Assembly: GCA_051294375.1 (NCBI GenBank)
Contig: CM119263.1
Coordinates: forward strand, 1,554,535 to 1,618,534
Direction of reading: 5' to 3'
Source: Paraspadella gotoi
Lineage: Eukaryota > Animalia > Chaetognatha
Length of the DNA stretch: 64,000 nt
Shown here: one piece after another, positions 63,925 to 64,000 of the stretch
Layout: the number at the start of each line of letters is the position of its first letter
How positions within the stretch are numbered: the stretch's first letter is position 1
Notes under the pieces: model-generated
What the model saw: the letters and a program-made list of their open reading frames with translations, nothing else
Told to the model about the DNA's origin: nothing
Database searches by the model: none
Position numbers and translations under genes: made by a program

Positions 63925-64000
63925 ATCCGCTAATGACCTGCTGGTTTTACTTTCCCACCATCTTGACCAGAGACCCTGACCTCAAAAGATCTTTCACCCC

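Overview
Eukaryotic (invertebrate animal-like) draft-assembly DNA, not prokaryotic. It is AT-rich, CpG-retaining, dense in microsatellites and has many N gaps. The only securely identifiable gene is the 3' end (last two exons) of a TMBIM/Lifeguard (Bax inhibitor-1 superfamily) gene at 1-725. A second + strand gene is likely. It has putative 5'UTR exons at ~10.3 and 14.1 kb and a GC-rich, low-complexity coding exon at ~14.5-14.85 kb ending in a strong donor. After that come ~49 kb with no recognisable coding exon, probably a giant intron, carrying clusters of RFX X-boxes, GCAGGTG E-boxes, AGGTCA DR1 repeats and GTCACGTGAC palindromes. At least four dispersed repeat families are present: a tRNA-derived SINE, a ~290-bp hairpin-ended element, and two Helentron/HINE-like non-autonomous families. 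There are also tRNA-Lys/Gly-like remnants, minisatellites and a ~50-bp-arm inverted repeat. Parts of 28-58 kb look like noisy long-read gap fills (25-N gaps, indel-ridden local duplications). Nearly all ORF-track entries are microsatellite or N artefacts. I see no convincing novel multi-gene system. The best leads are the frameshifted/uORF-overlapped coding exon, a candidate microexon, the motif clusters and the nested repeats.
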